A DNA stretch of 64,000 nucleotides from positions 62,001 through 126,000 of the IMG/VR virus record IMGVR_UViG_3300032116_014939; one strand, 5' to 3'. Under the pieces are notes generated by a model that was not told where the DNA came from, made no database searches, and was given only the letters and a program-made list of their open reading frames with translations. The translations under genes and the position numbers were made by a program. Of this stretch, positions 55,511-64,000 are shown piece after piece. Position 1 is the first letter of the stretch, and every line of letters begins with the position of its first letter.

Positions 55511-57943
55511 TTATGATGAACAACCAAAACAATCAAATTCACTATTTTCAGGTTTTGGTGGTAAATTCATATAACTATAATCTACTTTTGGAGGTTCAGG
55601 GGTTGGTTTTGGTTTGTTAATTTTTGATACGTCCATAGCCAAGTGTTTAGCTCCCGTTGAGATTGCTCTTGTTCTAACGTAGTAACAAAGTGTTTTCAAT
55701 CCTTTTTCCCATCCGTAAAAATGTGATGATGAAATCTTAGACAATGTTGGGTTTGACATGTATATATTCATTGATTGTGATTGGTCAATAAATGGAGCTC
55801 TATCTGCCGCCATCTCAATCAATTCTCTTTGTGAAATCTCCCAAATTGTTTTGTATTTCTTAATTAAATGTTCAGTTCTTTTAACTTTGAAGTTATATCT
55901 CTTATCTTCTTGGTCAAGGTAGTTATTGAAATTAATGTTTTGAATTGAACCTTCGTTCATAATGATTTCATTCTTTAAGTCCTCAGACCAAATTCCAATC
56001 TTTTCAAAATCACTAATCAAATACTTGTTAACAATCATAATCTCACCACCAACTACACGTCTGTTAAAGATTGCTGAGTGAGCTGGTTCTGTCATTTCAT
56101 ATGAACCTGTAATCTTTGCCGACGATGCCACAGGCATTTGAGCGGTAAATAATGAGTTACAAACTCCATACTTACTAACATTCTCTTTCAGAGTTGACCA
56201 TGGCCATCTTCCTGATAATTCATTTTCGTTTAATCCCCACATATCAAATTGGAATACTCCTTGTGACATTGGTGACCCTTTAAAGTAAGCATACGGTTCA
56301 TACTTACCATCCATACACAATCTGTTACTTTCAGTGATTGCCGCAAAATAGATTGTTTCAAAAATTTCTTTGTTCAATTTACGAGCTTCTTCAGATGTGA
56401 AGATGTAATCCATTAAATAAAATACGTCAGCAAGACCTTGTGTACCAATAGCGATTGCTCTTTGTAGTAATCCACCAGTATGACCTTTTTCAGTTGAGTA
56501 ATTATTGATATTAACAACTTTGTTCAATGCTCTTACAACCTTACGGGTTTCGTCATATAATCCTTGGAAATCAAACTCACCATCTTTTACATAGTTCTTT
56601 AATACCATAGATGATAAAGTACAAATAGCAGTAGTTTTCTCATCTGTGTATTGATAGATTTCGTTACAAAGATTTGATTGTTTGATAACACCAATGTTCT
56701 GATGGTTTGTCTTTCTGTTAGCACTATCTTTAGAACATAAATATGGAACACCTGTTTCAACTTGTGATTCAATAATCTTATTCCAAATTTCCTGAGCCTT
56801 AACTTTCTTACCAAGACCTAACTCAACTGCTTTGTTGTAGTTAGATTCGTACTCATCACCATAACTTTCTTGTAATGGTTTGATACCCGCCTTAATAATA
56901 TCGTTAGGACAAAACAAATACCAATCGTCATTGTTCTTAACTGCGTTCATAAAGTTGTCAGGAATCCAAAGTGCGGTAAACAAATCACGAGCTCTTAATT
57001 CTTCAGCACCTGTGTTCTTTTTAATCTCCAATAGGTCAAAGATATCTTTATGCCAAGGTTCTAAGTAAATCGCCGCAGAACCAGGTCTACGTCCTTGTTG
57101 ATTAAAGAAACGAAGTGACTCATTTACAATTTTTAAATACTTTAAAAGCCCACCCGCATATCCACCTGAAGATGAAATACGACTCTCCTTACTACGAATA
57201 TTAGACATTGATAGTCCAATACCCGCAGCGTCAGATGAATAGGTTGAGATATCTCTCATGGTGTTTAACAAACCTTCTCTTGAATCCGAATCATTGTAAT
57301 GAAGAACACAAGAAGCAAGTTGTGGTGTTTTAGTACCAGCGTTAATCATGATTGGTGTTGCCGGAGATATTCTTTGTGTTGATAAAGCTTGGTAGTACTC
57401 AACCGCTTCCTCAAATGTATTAGTTACCCAAAGAGCAACTCTCATATACATGTGTTGTGGTCTTTCAACTACTTTACCTTCCGACAATTTCAAAAGATAC
57501 ATTTCAGAAAGTGACCTCCAAGCAAAATAGTCGAAGTTATAATCATTATCGTGATTGATAACTCCATCAATTTTATCAGGTCCGTAAGACTCAATAATTT
57601 CAATTAATTTATCATTGATGATACCTTCACCATGTAACAAATTCATTGTGTTTGAAAAACTTGGGTCAGTTTCTTTATGATAAGATGAAATAGCAACTGA
57701 AGAAGCTAATCTTGAGTAATCGTGATGACTACCTGTAAATGCCGCAGCAATTTCATAGATTAACTTATCTAATTCTTTTGTTGTAATAATACCTTCAGTT
57801 GGTACTGAAGTGATAACTTTAATAAAGATTTCATCGGAGTTGACACTCAACCCCTTTGAAGCTCTTTTAATACGGTTATAAATTTTTTGTGGATTAAATG
57901 ACGCATCATCTCCACCTCTCTTTTTAATTTTAAGTGACATCAT
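55511..57943 (-). CDS. nrdA: Ribonucleoside-diphosphate reductase class Ia, alpha subunit with N-terminal ATP cone
   Basis: IKKRG..FNPQKI ATP cone; ERPQHM; SPATP; QLASC; SNLCNE; CTL; MPVASS; LKTLCYY; C-terminal CFGC. Confidence 0.97.
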   Translation of the reverse strand: MMSLKIKKRGGDDASFNPQKIYNRIKRASKGLSVNSDEIFIKVITSVPTEGIITTKELDKLIYEIAAAFTGSHHDYSRLASSVAISSYHKETDPSFSNTMNLLHGEGIINDKLIEIIESYGPDKIDGVINHDNDYNFDYFAWRSLSEMYLLKLSEGKVVERPQHMYMRVALWVTNTFEEAVEYYQALSTQRISPATPIMINAGTKTPQLASCVLHYNDSDSREGLLNTMRDISTYSSDAAGIGLSMSNIRSKESRISSSGGYAGGLLKYLKIVNESLRFFNQQGRRPGSAAIYLEPWHKDIFDLLEIKKNTGAEELRARDLFTALWIPDNFMNAVKNNDDWYLFCPNDIIKAGIKPLQESYGDEYESNYNKAVELGLGKKVKAQEIWNKIIESQVETGVPYLCSKDSANRKTNHQNIGVIKQSNLCNEIYQYTDEKTTAICTLSSMVLKNYVKDGEFDFQGLYDETRKVVRALNKVVNINNYSTEKGHTGGLLQRAIAIGTQGLADVFYLMDYIFTSEEARKLNKEIFETIYFAAITESNRLCMDGKYEPYAYFKGSPMSQGVFQFDMWGLNENELSGRWPWSTLKENVSKYGVCNSLFTAQMPVASSAKITGSYEMTEPAHSAIFNRRVVGGEIMIVNKYLISDFEKIGIWSEDLKNEIIMNEGSIQNINFNNYLDQEDKRYNFKVKRTEHLIKKYKTIWEISQRELIEMAADRAPFIDQSQSMNIYMSNPTLSKISSSHFYGWEKGLKTLCYYVRTRAISTGAKHLAMDVSKINKPKPTPEPPKVDYSYMNLPPKPENSEFDCFGCSS

Positions 57944-57963
57944 AGTTCTATAAAAATAATAAA

Positions 57964-58923
57964 TTAGAAATCGTCAGTAAAGGACAATGTTTCATTCAAT
58001 TTAGCTTTTTGGTATTCAACAGTTCTTGACTCGAAGAAATTACCTTTTGTTTCAACCGCAATTTGTTCCATGAACTTAAATGGTTGTTCAACATTAAATT
58101 GTTTTTTACATCCAAACTTTACCAATAGACCATCAACAACAAACTCAAGATATTGTTTCATTAAGTTTTGGTTCATACCAATTAAAGAAACAGGTAGTGA
58201 TTCAGTGATGAATTCTTTTTCAATCTCAAGAGCTGAAAGTAGAATTTCTTTAATTCTTTTTTCACTTGGTTTGTTTTCAACGTGATTGTTTAACAAGTGA
58301 ATTGCGAAGTCACAGTGTAGGTTTTCATCTTTGAAAATCAAAGCGTTAGCATTACACAATCCTTGCATAATACCTCTTGATTTTAACCAAAAGATAGAAC
58401 AGAATGAACCTGAAAAAAAGATACCTTCAACTGCCGCAAACGCAACCAATCTTTCTTGAAACGATGCATTTTCAATCCAATCCAAAGCCCATTTAGCCTT
58501 TTTCTGAACCGCAGGTAAATTATCTAACGCAGTGAAACATTTATTCTTTTCTTCTTCATTTGATACGTAAGTATCAATAAGAAGAGAATACATTAAACTA
58601 TGAATGTTCTCCATAGCAAGTTGCATACCATAGAAAAATTTAGCTTCAGGATATTGTACTTCTCTATAGAAATTTTCAGCTAAGTTTTCATTTACGATAC
58701 CATCTGATGCTGCGAAAAACGATAAAATATTTTTTACAAAATATTGTTCATTTTCTGATAAGTTTTCCCAGTCACGTAGGTCACCGCTTAAATCAATTTC
58801 TTCTGCCGTCCAAAACGCGGCTTGATGCATTTTATAATATTCCCAAATATCGTTGTATTGTATTGGAAAGATTACAAAACGATTTGGATTTTCTACTAAA
58901 ATTTTTTCCATTTTTTGTTCCAT
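57964..58923 (-). CDS. nrdB: Ribonucleoside-diphosphate reductase class Ia, beta subunit
   Basis: [48 protein letters not shown]. Confidence 0.97.
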   Translation of the reverse strand: MEQKMEKILVENPNRFVIFPIQYNDIWEYYKMHQAAFWTAEEIDLSGDLRDWENLSENEQYFVKNILSFFAASDGIVNENLAENFYREVQYPEAKFFYGMQLAMENIHSLMYSLLIDTYVSNEEEKNKCFTALDNLPAVQKKAKWALDWIENASFQERLVAFAAVEGIFFSGSFCSIFWLKSRGIMQGLCNANALIFKDENLHCDFAIHLLNNHVENKPSEKRIKEILLSALEIEKEFITESLPVSLIGMNQNLMKQYLEFVVDGLLVKFGCKKQFNVEQPFKFMEQIAVETKGNFFESRTVEYQKAKLNETLSFTDDF

Positions 58924-58936
58924 ATTGTTTTAATAA

Positions 58937-60307
58937 TTATACTGTTTGTTGTTTTCTTTTCTCCATAATTTCTTTAATCCTGTTTCTATTTCTTTCTTCC
59001 TTTTGTTCCTCAAGTCCTAAGAATGTTGTAGTACTTTCTGTGTCAATTTCTAACATTTCATTATTGAACTTACAGTTTTCAAATACCACCCCGTCTTTAC
59101 CAATTCTTGACTTTGTAATCGCAATAGTCGCAAGATTCAATTCTTTTTGTTGTAGTGATTTTGCCACCGTGATGATGACGTGTCCTACTTGAGCTTTCTT
59201 AATAGAACCACCCATTTGGTCAGTTGTTACTACATCAGATGAAATAGAACTTCTATTACCCTGTGTCGCTGTCCAACCTGCAATGTCCAATTCATGACAC
59301 ATTGATTCAAATGCTCTCATAACTGAACCTTCAGATTTCCATTCGTCTTCCATCATTTTCTCAGGTGTAACACAATCAATATAGTCTAAAATAACCATAT
59401 CAATCTTTGTCCCATCAGCAATCATTTTTCTAATCTGATTTTTAATCTGATTCATAGTTAATGTGTCAGAAGGTAACTTCTTCATTACTAATTTGTTTGG
59501 CATTGTTTCTTTAATTTCAGCAACCTTTGCCAACACTGTTTCTTTATGATTACTTAATTCATCAGGTGCAATACCTGTCCAACATGTAAAATGTTTTCTT
59601 TGAATAATCTTATAATTATCCTCAAAGAAGATTTGTAAAACATTAAATCCTAAATTAAAAGCGTGATTAGCAATCTTTGTTGTTAATGTTGATTTACCAA
59701 CACCTGTGGGTGCTAATATAACACCAATTTCTCCTTTTGCCAAACCACCTTTCAAAAGATTGTCAATACCCGGTATTCCCATTGGGATTGGATGTCTGTA
59801 ATCATCCGCTAATACCTCATCTAAGTCTTGAAACACATCCCCTGTTCCTCTATCCACGTTTCCAACCTGTAAAGCTTCTCTAACCATTTCTTCCAAAGTG
59901 TCGTAGTTTTCAAACTCACCGTGGTCAATAATTTTTTTAGCTTTATCCATAACCTTTTGAAGTTCTTGTTGTTTACAAAACTTCAAAGCCTTTTCCTGAA
60001 CAAACTGAGTACCCTCTTCGGTAACATTTTGTATATCAGAAATAGTGTCAAGAGTTATCTTTAATAATAACTCCTGACTAATTTCACTTTTAGCTTTTTG
60101 TTGAATTGTCTCAAAACTAGGACTGTGTTCAAACTTTGAATAGTATTCTTTAACCATTTGAACAAATAATCGGAAGTATTTGTTTTCAAAATAGTTAGGT
60201 TCAATCACCTCAATAATTGAGTGTGAAAAGTCCTTATCAACTATCATTTGATTAAGAAGTTGTAATTGGAAGGTCTCTCCCAAATAATCAAAATTTTTGT
60301 CAGCCAT
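58937..60307 (-). CDS. Replicative DNA helicase (DnaB / T4 gp41-like)
   Basis: Walker A APTGVGKS, Walker B ILDYID, TATQGNR, KSRIG. Confidence 0.92.
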   Translation of the reverse strand: MADKNFDYLGETFQLQLLNQMIVDKDFSHSIIEVIEPNYFENKYFRLFVQMVKEYYSKFEHSPSFETIQQKAKSEISQELLLKITLDTISDIQNVTEEGTQFVQEKALKFCKQQELQKVMDKAKKIIDHGEFENYDTLEEMVREALQVGNVDRGTGDVFQDLDEVLADDYRHPIPMGIPGIDNLLKGGLAKGEIGVILAPTGVGKSTLTTKIANHAFNLGFNVLQIFFEDNYKIIQRKHFTCWTGIAPDELSNHKETVLAKVAEIKETMPNKLVMKKLPSDTLTMNQIKNQIRKMIADGTKIDMVILDYIDCVTPEKMMEDEWKSEGSVMRAFESMCHELDIAGWTATQGNRSSISSDVVTTDQMGGSIKKAQVGHVIITVAKSLQQKELNLATIAITKSRIGKDGVVFENCKFNNEMLEIDTESTTTFLGLEEQKEERNRNRIKEIMEKRKQQTV

Positions 60308-60332
60308 ATTATGTTTGTTTTTTCAATAAATA

Positions 60333-60785
60333 TCAACGAGCTAGCTGATAACCCATGTATTCGTGTGTTAAATTTCTAGATGACAACACGTCAGTAAGAC
60401 CAAAAAGGATACCTTTTAGGAACGGGCGTATGTCTACGGTGTATCTCACCTTCGGTGGATAAAGTTTAGCATCAAATGAATAATGACACATTGTCGTATC
60501 ACCATTTTTGATATAGATGTTAAACGACTCAGGCCCATCAGTAAATGATGTGTTCAACACCTCAGGGTCTTCACTAATCTGATATTGATTATCCAACATG
60601 TAGTTTACAGTTTTCATCTTGAAATTTTCTTTCAAATCTGAAATGAAACCATCCATCAAATCAATCAACTCAGCTGAGTTTTGAGCCTTTGGGTTATACC
60701 CTTTAACGTTAAAAAAACGTTGTACGATAAAATTGTTATTTACCGTCATCAAGAATTCCAGTTTGGTAATGTCTTGTTCTTTCAT
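60333..60785 (-). CDS. Hypothetical protein in the replication cluster
   Basis: Clean 150-aa ORF between the exonuclease and helicase genes. Confidence 0.6.
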   Translation of the reverse strand: MKEQDITKLEFLMTVNNNFIVQRFFNVKGYNPKAQNSAELIDLMDGFISDLKENFKMKTVNYMLDNQYQISEDPEVLNTSFTDGPESFNIYIKNGDTTMCHYSFDAKLYPPKVRYTVDIRPFLKGILFGLTDVLSSRNLTHEYMGYQLAR

Positions 60786-60793
60786 AATTTATT

Positions 60794-61798
60794 TTATTTT
60801 TTGTTTGTTTTTGTTTTTTCTTTTCTTGTTAACTTCATAAATGGTTGGATGAAGTATGTCCAAGCATCATCACCTTTTGGTAGGTATTTGAACAACCCGT
60901 CTTCAACCATATACTTAATTAAGTTCTTGTAACTTCTACCTTCGATATCCAATTTTTCAGTAACGATTGACTGTATTTCTTCTTTGTCTTCATCCCTCAA
61001 TAAAGGATTAGATAAGTCCACAATCTGTTCATTAACTTGGAAAAATTCTTGTTCAAAGATGCCTGATTTTGTTTTACCTGTTAAAAGATTCTTTAGAGTT
61101 TGATTGTCTTTTTGTTCTTTTAACAAATCTTCAGCTCTTGTTAAAATATCGTTATAAGAAACTTCTTTTTCAAGTATCTCAGGGAAAAATTTAACTAAAG
61201 TTTTTTCACCCAAAAGATAGATACCTTCAATATTATCTGACTTATCACCAGTTAATATCTTTAAAGTTTTTACGTTATAGTGTGGGAACTCAAAATTATC
61301 AAATTTAATCTTATCCCCGTGTTTAAACGTAGCTTTAACTGATGGTGAGTATATGGATACATTTTCAGAAATAAGTTGTGTTAAATCTCTGTCTGACGAA
61401 AAAATTAATTTGTCTTCATTTTCAGATACTTGACAATAATAAGCAATTAAATCATCGGCCTCTCTACCACTAATTTCTAATTGTCTTATATAGACTTCTT
61501 CCAAATATTGTTTGATACGATTTTTTTGTTTTAGGTAAGACATAAAGATTGCGTCCTCCATAACCAATCGTCGGTTTTGTTTGTATTTGGGGTAAAGAAT
61601 TCCACGTAAACTCGTAGAATCTTCACCATCCCAAAATACTACTACCTTGTCAAAGTTATGCTCACTGATAAACTTACGAAGTGTATTCATAAAATGATAC
61701 AAAGCTCCGATATGTTCTCCATTGTGGAAGTAATCCTTCACACCATGAAATCCAATCTTCATCAGATTATTTCCGTCAACAAGTAGTGTTTTTTTCAC
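60794..61798 (-). CDS. 5'-3' exonuclease / flap endonuclease (T4 RNase H, Pol I N-domain-like)
   Basis: LLVDGNNL, VVFWDG, YKQNR, EADDLIA, SSDRDLTQL, LTGDKSDNIEGI..LGEKT. Confidence 0.93.
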   Translation of the reverse strand: MKKTLLVDGNNLMKIGFHGVKDYFHNGEHIGALYHFMNTLRKFISEHNFDKVVVFWDGEDSTSLRGILYPKYKQNRRLVMEDAIFMSYLKQKNRIKQYLEEVYIRQLEISGREADDLIAYYCQVSENEDKLIFSSDRDLTQLISENVSIYSPSVKATFKHGDKIKFDNFEFPHYNVKTLKILTGDKSDNIEGIYLLGEKTLVKFFPEILEKEVSYNDILTRAEDLLKEQKDNQTLKNLLTGKTKSGIFEQEFFQVNEQIVDLSNPLLRDEDKEEIQSIVTEKLDIEGRSYKNLIKYMVEDGLFKYLPKGDDAWTYFIQPFMKLTRKEKTKTNKK

Positions 61799-61807
61799 GA
61801 ACTAAAA

Positions 61808-62806
61808 TTAAAATTGTTCGTTTTCGTTTGCAAAAGTTTCTTCAGTCTCATCAAGGATTAACTCCCCTGTCCCTGAAAGAATTGCGTTCCAATATTGTGA
61901 ATACTCTTTTTTATATTTTTCAAGAGCATCTTTATCGTCAGCAATATATCCTTGTGGTGTTGCAATAATCTTACCATCTTTATATCCTAATCCATTGATA
62001 TGATTCTTTAAAACAGAAATTTTTGTTCTGATAGCATAAGATACTGTTCTACCATTTTTAGTTGCCGTAATGTGATTAATACCAGCATTTTTCTGATTAC
62101 CAAACAAGAATACAAGAGCCGATGCCAACCAAAGAGCCTCACCACCTTTTGCCTTAATTGTTGGTTGTCCAAATGGATTGTCAGGTAATTCAACCCACGG
62201 TTGATTAACTACCACTAGTGTATTTGTATATGGATAGTCTTCTTTACGAGATTTGGTAATACGAGCTTGGATACCCATACCAATCTTATCTGCTAATACA
62301 GATGCGTTATGTTGTTTACCACCTTTACCATCAAAGGTCATCTTACAAGGAACTGAACCAACAGAATCCCAAAGGAAACAAAGAGAATAAGGAATATTAC
62401 CTTTTTCTTGTTCGTCTAATAATTCGTTGATGTAGTCTGTAACCTGTTCGATGTAATCAAAATTATCATTAAAAATAAATTGTCCGTCCCACTCACCGTC
62501 AACCATCTCAGCCTTAAGACCAAGTTCTACTGCGTGGTTCCAACTCCATTTTTTCTCGGTGATAATGAAAACAGGCAAATGCCCCTTCTGCTGAGTAGAC
62601 ACAGCGGCTTTGACAAGCGCGGTCGTTTTTGAAGAGTTCGAGTGACCCAAGAACATGTTGATGTTACCCAAAGCAGGGCCAGGTAAACCGCAACTATTAT
62701 GGAAAGCTTCACCGACTTCATAAAAGTCTGTTTCTTTATATTTTGTCTTGGTTGAATATTTGTCTTTGATTGCATCTAACGAAAATTCTTTTTTCTTTAT
62801 TGCCAT
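61808..62806 (-). CDS. RecA/UvsX-like recombinase
   Basis: P-loop GHSNSSKTT, FIITE, Walker B FLWDSVG, VVVNQ, KGGEA, KNH; adjacent to SSB. Confidence 0.85.
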   Translation of the reverse strand: MAIKKKEFSLDAIKDKYSTKTKYKETDFYEVGEAFHNSCGLPGPALGNINMFLGHSNSSKTTALVKAAVSTQQKGHLPVFIITEKKWSWNHAVELGLKAEMVDGEWDGQFIFNDNFDYIEQVTDYINELLDEQEKGNIPYSLCFLWDSVGSVPCKMTFDGKGGKQHNASVLADKIGMGIQARITKSRKEDYPYTNTLVVVNQPWVELPDNPFGQPTIKAKGGEALWLASALVFLFGNQKNAGINHITATKNGRTVSYAIRTKISVLKNHINGLGYKDGKIIATPQGYIADDKDALEKYKKEYSQYWNAILSGTGELILDETEETFANENEQF

Positions 62807-62847
62807 AAATGTCTATGCGTTTAAATTGTTTGTTGTTTAAAAATAGC

Positions 62848-62886
62848 AAAGGTTGGACACTTTGTGTATATTAGTGTCCAACCTTT
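62848..62886. terminator. Perfect 14-bp hairpin between ssb and recA (terminator or RNA processing element)
   Basis: AAAGGTTGGACACT (62848-62861) / AGTGTCCAACCTTT (62873-62886), 11-nt loop. Confidence 0.6.
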
Positions 62887-62892
62887 TATAAA

Positions 62893-63732
62893 TTAGAATG
62901 GTAAATCACCATCCGGCTCAGCCTCAGCCTGTGGGTCAACATATGAACCACCGATAGTACCTTCATCAGATGAACTATCACCGTAAACATATTTACCTAA
63001 ATCAGATGACCATCTTGGAGTTTCTCCACGAGCAATTGCCTCCAAGTACTCAACAGGTTTTTTAGAGTAAACATCTGCCCAAGTAAGTGGGTCTTCAATC
63101 CATGACTTAGCCGTTTCAGCATCTGTGTGAACAGGTGATGGGTCGTCATGCATAACTGTTTGAATAACTGTATAAGTTGCCCCTTTTGGAGTCTTAGCCT
63201 TTGTTAACTCAATGATAAGGTCACGTCCATTAACAGGGTCAGTGATATCACCTTTAGCTTTCCAAATCGGAATAATTTTGTCAAGGATACCTTCGTTCTT
63301 GTAATTGTGTTTAAAACGCCAGAACTTAACTCCGTCCGCTTCATTATCACGGTCAATTACTTTAACGATGTAAAATTTACGAGGTTTGTAAGACTTTGCG
63401 AGTTCTTTATCAGACTCTTTACCTGTTGACATTAATTCATCATGAATTTCAGTCAAAGGTGAACGCTCGTTGTCGTTCTTTCCTGGGTCATAGATTTTAT
63501 TCCATTTACCCTCAACTTGTACTTCGTGATACCATACTTCTTTGAAAGGTGATGACCCATCAGGTGTAGGTAGAATACGAAGACGTTTCTGTCCTGAGTT
63601 CTCATTTTGCGTTAAAATTGCTGCAAAATATTTTTTCATTCTGTCTTCTTGAGACATTTTGTTTGCAGAGTTACCTCCACTTTTCGCTTTTTCGTACTGA
63701 GCGAGTACAGCATCTAAGGAATTTGTCGCCAT
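62893..63732 (-). CDS. Single-stranded DNA-binding protein (T4 gp32-like)
   Basis: RLRILP....PF.E.W.H, KFYIVKVIDR...GVKFW.F, DITDP..GRDL.I, acidic tail ending DGDLPF; next to the recombinase. Confidence 0.8.
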   Translation of the reverse strand: MATNSLDAVLAQYEKAKSGGNSANKMSQEDRMKKYFAAILTQNENSGQKRLRILPTPDGSSPFKEVWYHEVQVEGKWNKIYDPGKNDNERSPLTEIHDELMSTGKESDKELAKSYKPRKFYIVKVIDRDNEADGVKFWRFKHNYKNEGILDKIIPIWKAKGDITDPVNGRDLIIELTKAKTPKGATYTVIQTVMHDDPSPVHTDAETAKSWIEDPLTWADVYSKKPVEYLEAIARGETPRWSSDLGKYVYGDSSSDEGTIGGSYVDPQAEAEPDGDLPF

Positions 63733-63761
63733 TTTGTGTATATAATTTATTAGTTAATATT

Positions 63762-63793
63762 CAAGTATAAGTGTGTCAGCCGTGATAATCAAA
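63762..63793 (-). promoter_or_regulatory. Bacteroidota sigmaA-type promoter upstream of ssb (TTTG-N20-TATACTTG)
   Basis: Matches the TTTG(-33) N19-21 TAnnTTTG(-7) consensus with one mismatch and correct spacing. Confidence 0.5.
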
Positions 63794-63801
63794 TTTGAAA
63801 T

Positions 63802-64000
63802 TTAGAATTTCAAAGGTTTGTATTGTGTTTCTTCTCCGTAATCGTTAAAAGTTGTTTTAATTTCTGAAGGAGTGAAATCTTCAACTTCATCAGTTGTTAA
63901 AATATATTCATTTTTTCCTGATTTTTCAATATCTTCTTGTTTGTCAACAAAAAAATCAGTTAATTTTTGATTAAATGGCCCTGAGTCTAAACTTCTTAAT
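63802..64000 (-). CDS. 3' end of a hypothetical protein (runs off the window edge)
   Basis: Manual translation ...LRSLDSGPFNQKLTDFFVDKQEDIEKSGKNEYILTTDEVEDF...YKPLKF* with stop at 63802. Confidence 0.6.
   Translation of the reverse strand, partial: LRSLDSGPFNQKLTDFFVDKQEDIEKSGKNEYILTTDEVEDFTPSEIKTTFNDYGEETQYKPLKF

Noticed and set aside
55511-60307. Introns, inteins or homing endonucleases in nrdA, nrdB or the helicase
   Set aside because: Proteins are of normal length with contiguous motifs.
1-64000. Eukaryotic giant virus origin or alternative genetic code
   Set aside because: gp25/gp6 baseplate, gp32-like SSB, operonic TAATG overlaps and intrinsic terminators indicate a bacteriophage. 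Long genes are intact under the standard code with TAA/TGA stops.
1-64000. tRNA or other structured RNA genes
   Set aside because: Intergenic gaps are nearly all under 90 nt (largest about 150 nt) and AT-rich; no cloverleaf seen by eye.

Overview
The window is a 64-kb segment of a large, AT-rich, contractile-tailed (T4-like baseplate) dsDNA phage. The host is probably a Bacteroidota bacterium: there are SprB-like repeats, no Shine-Dalgarno sites, and one Bacteroidota-type promoter. All real genes are on the minus strand. In transcription order (right to left) they are: a replication and nucleotide block (gp32-like SSB, RecA/UvsX, 5'-3' exonuclease, DnaB/gp41-like helicase, class Ia RNR nrdB and nrdA, a flavodoxin-fold protein); a baseplate block (gp25-like, gp6-like, gp7/P2-I-like and several large unknown structural proteins); a ~32-kb appendage region; and a partial RuvC-like resolvase at the left edge. 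The appendage region holds two paralogous fibre modules. These encode giant proline-free (Gly-X-Ser/Thr)n proteins with ~1,450-1,530-residue repeats, Pro/Thr mucin-like linker proteins, LamG and discoidin lectin proteins, and three tandem glycine-rich adhesin-like paralogues. A five-gene glycosyltransferase operon sits exactly between the two modules and is led by a GT60-like polypeptide O-GlcNAc transferase. The best candidate for an undescribed system is therefore a phage-encoded mucin-type protein O-glycosylation pathway for its own Ser/Thr-rich collagen-like fibres. All family calls come from motif recognition by eye; no database searches were run.
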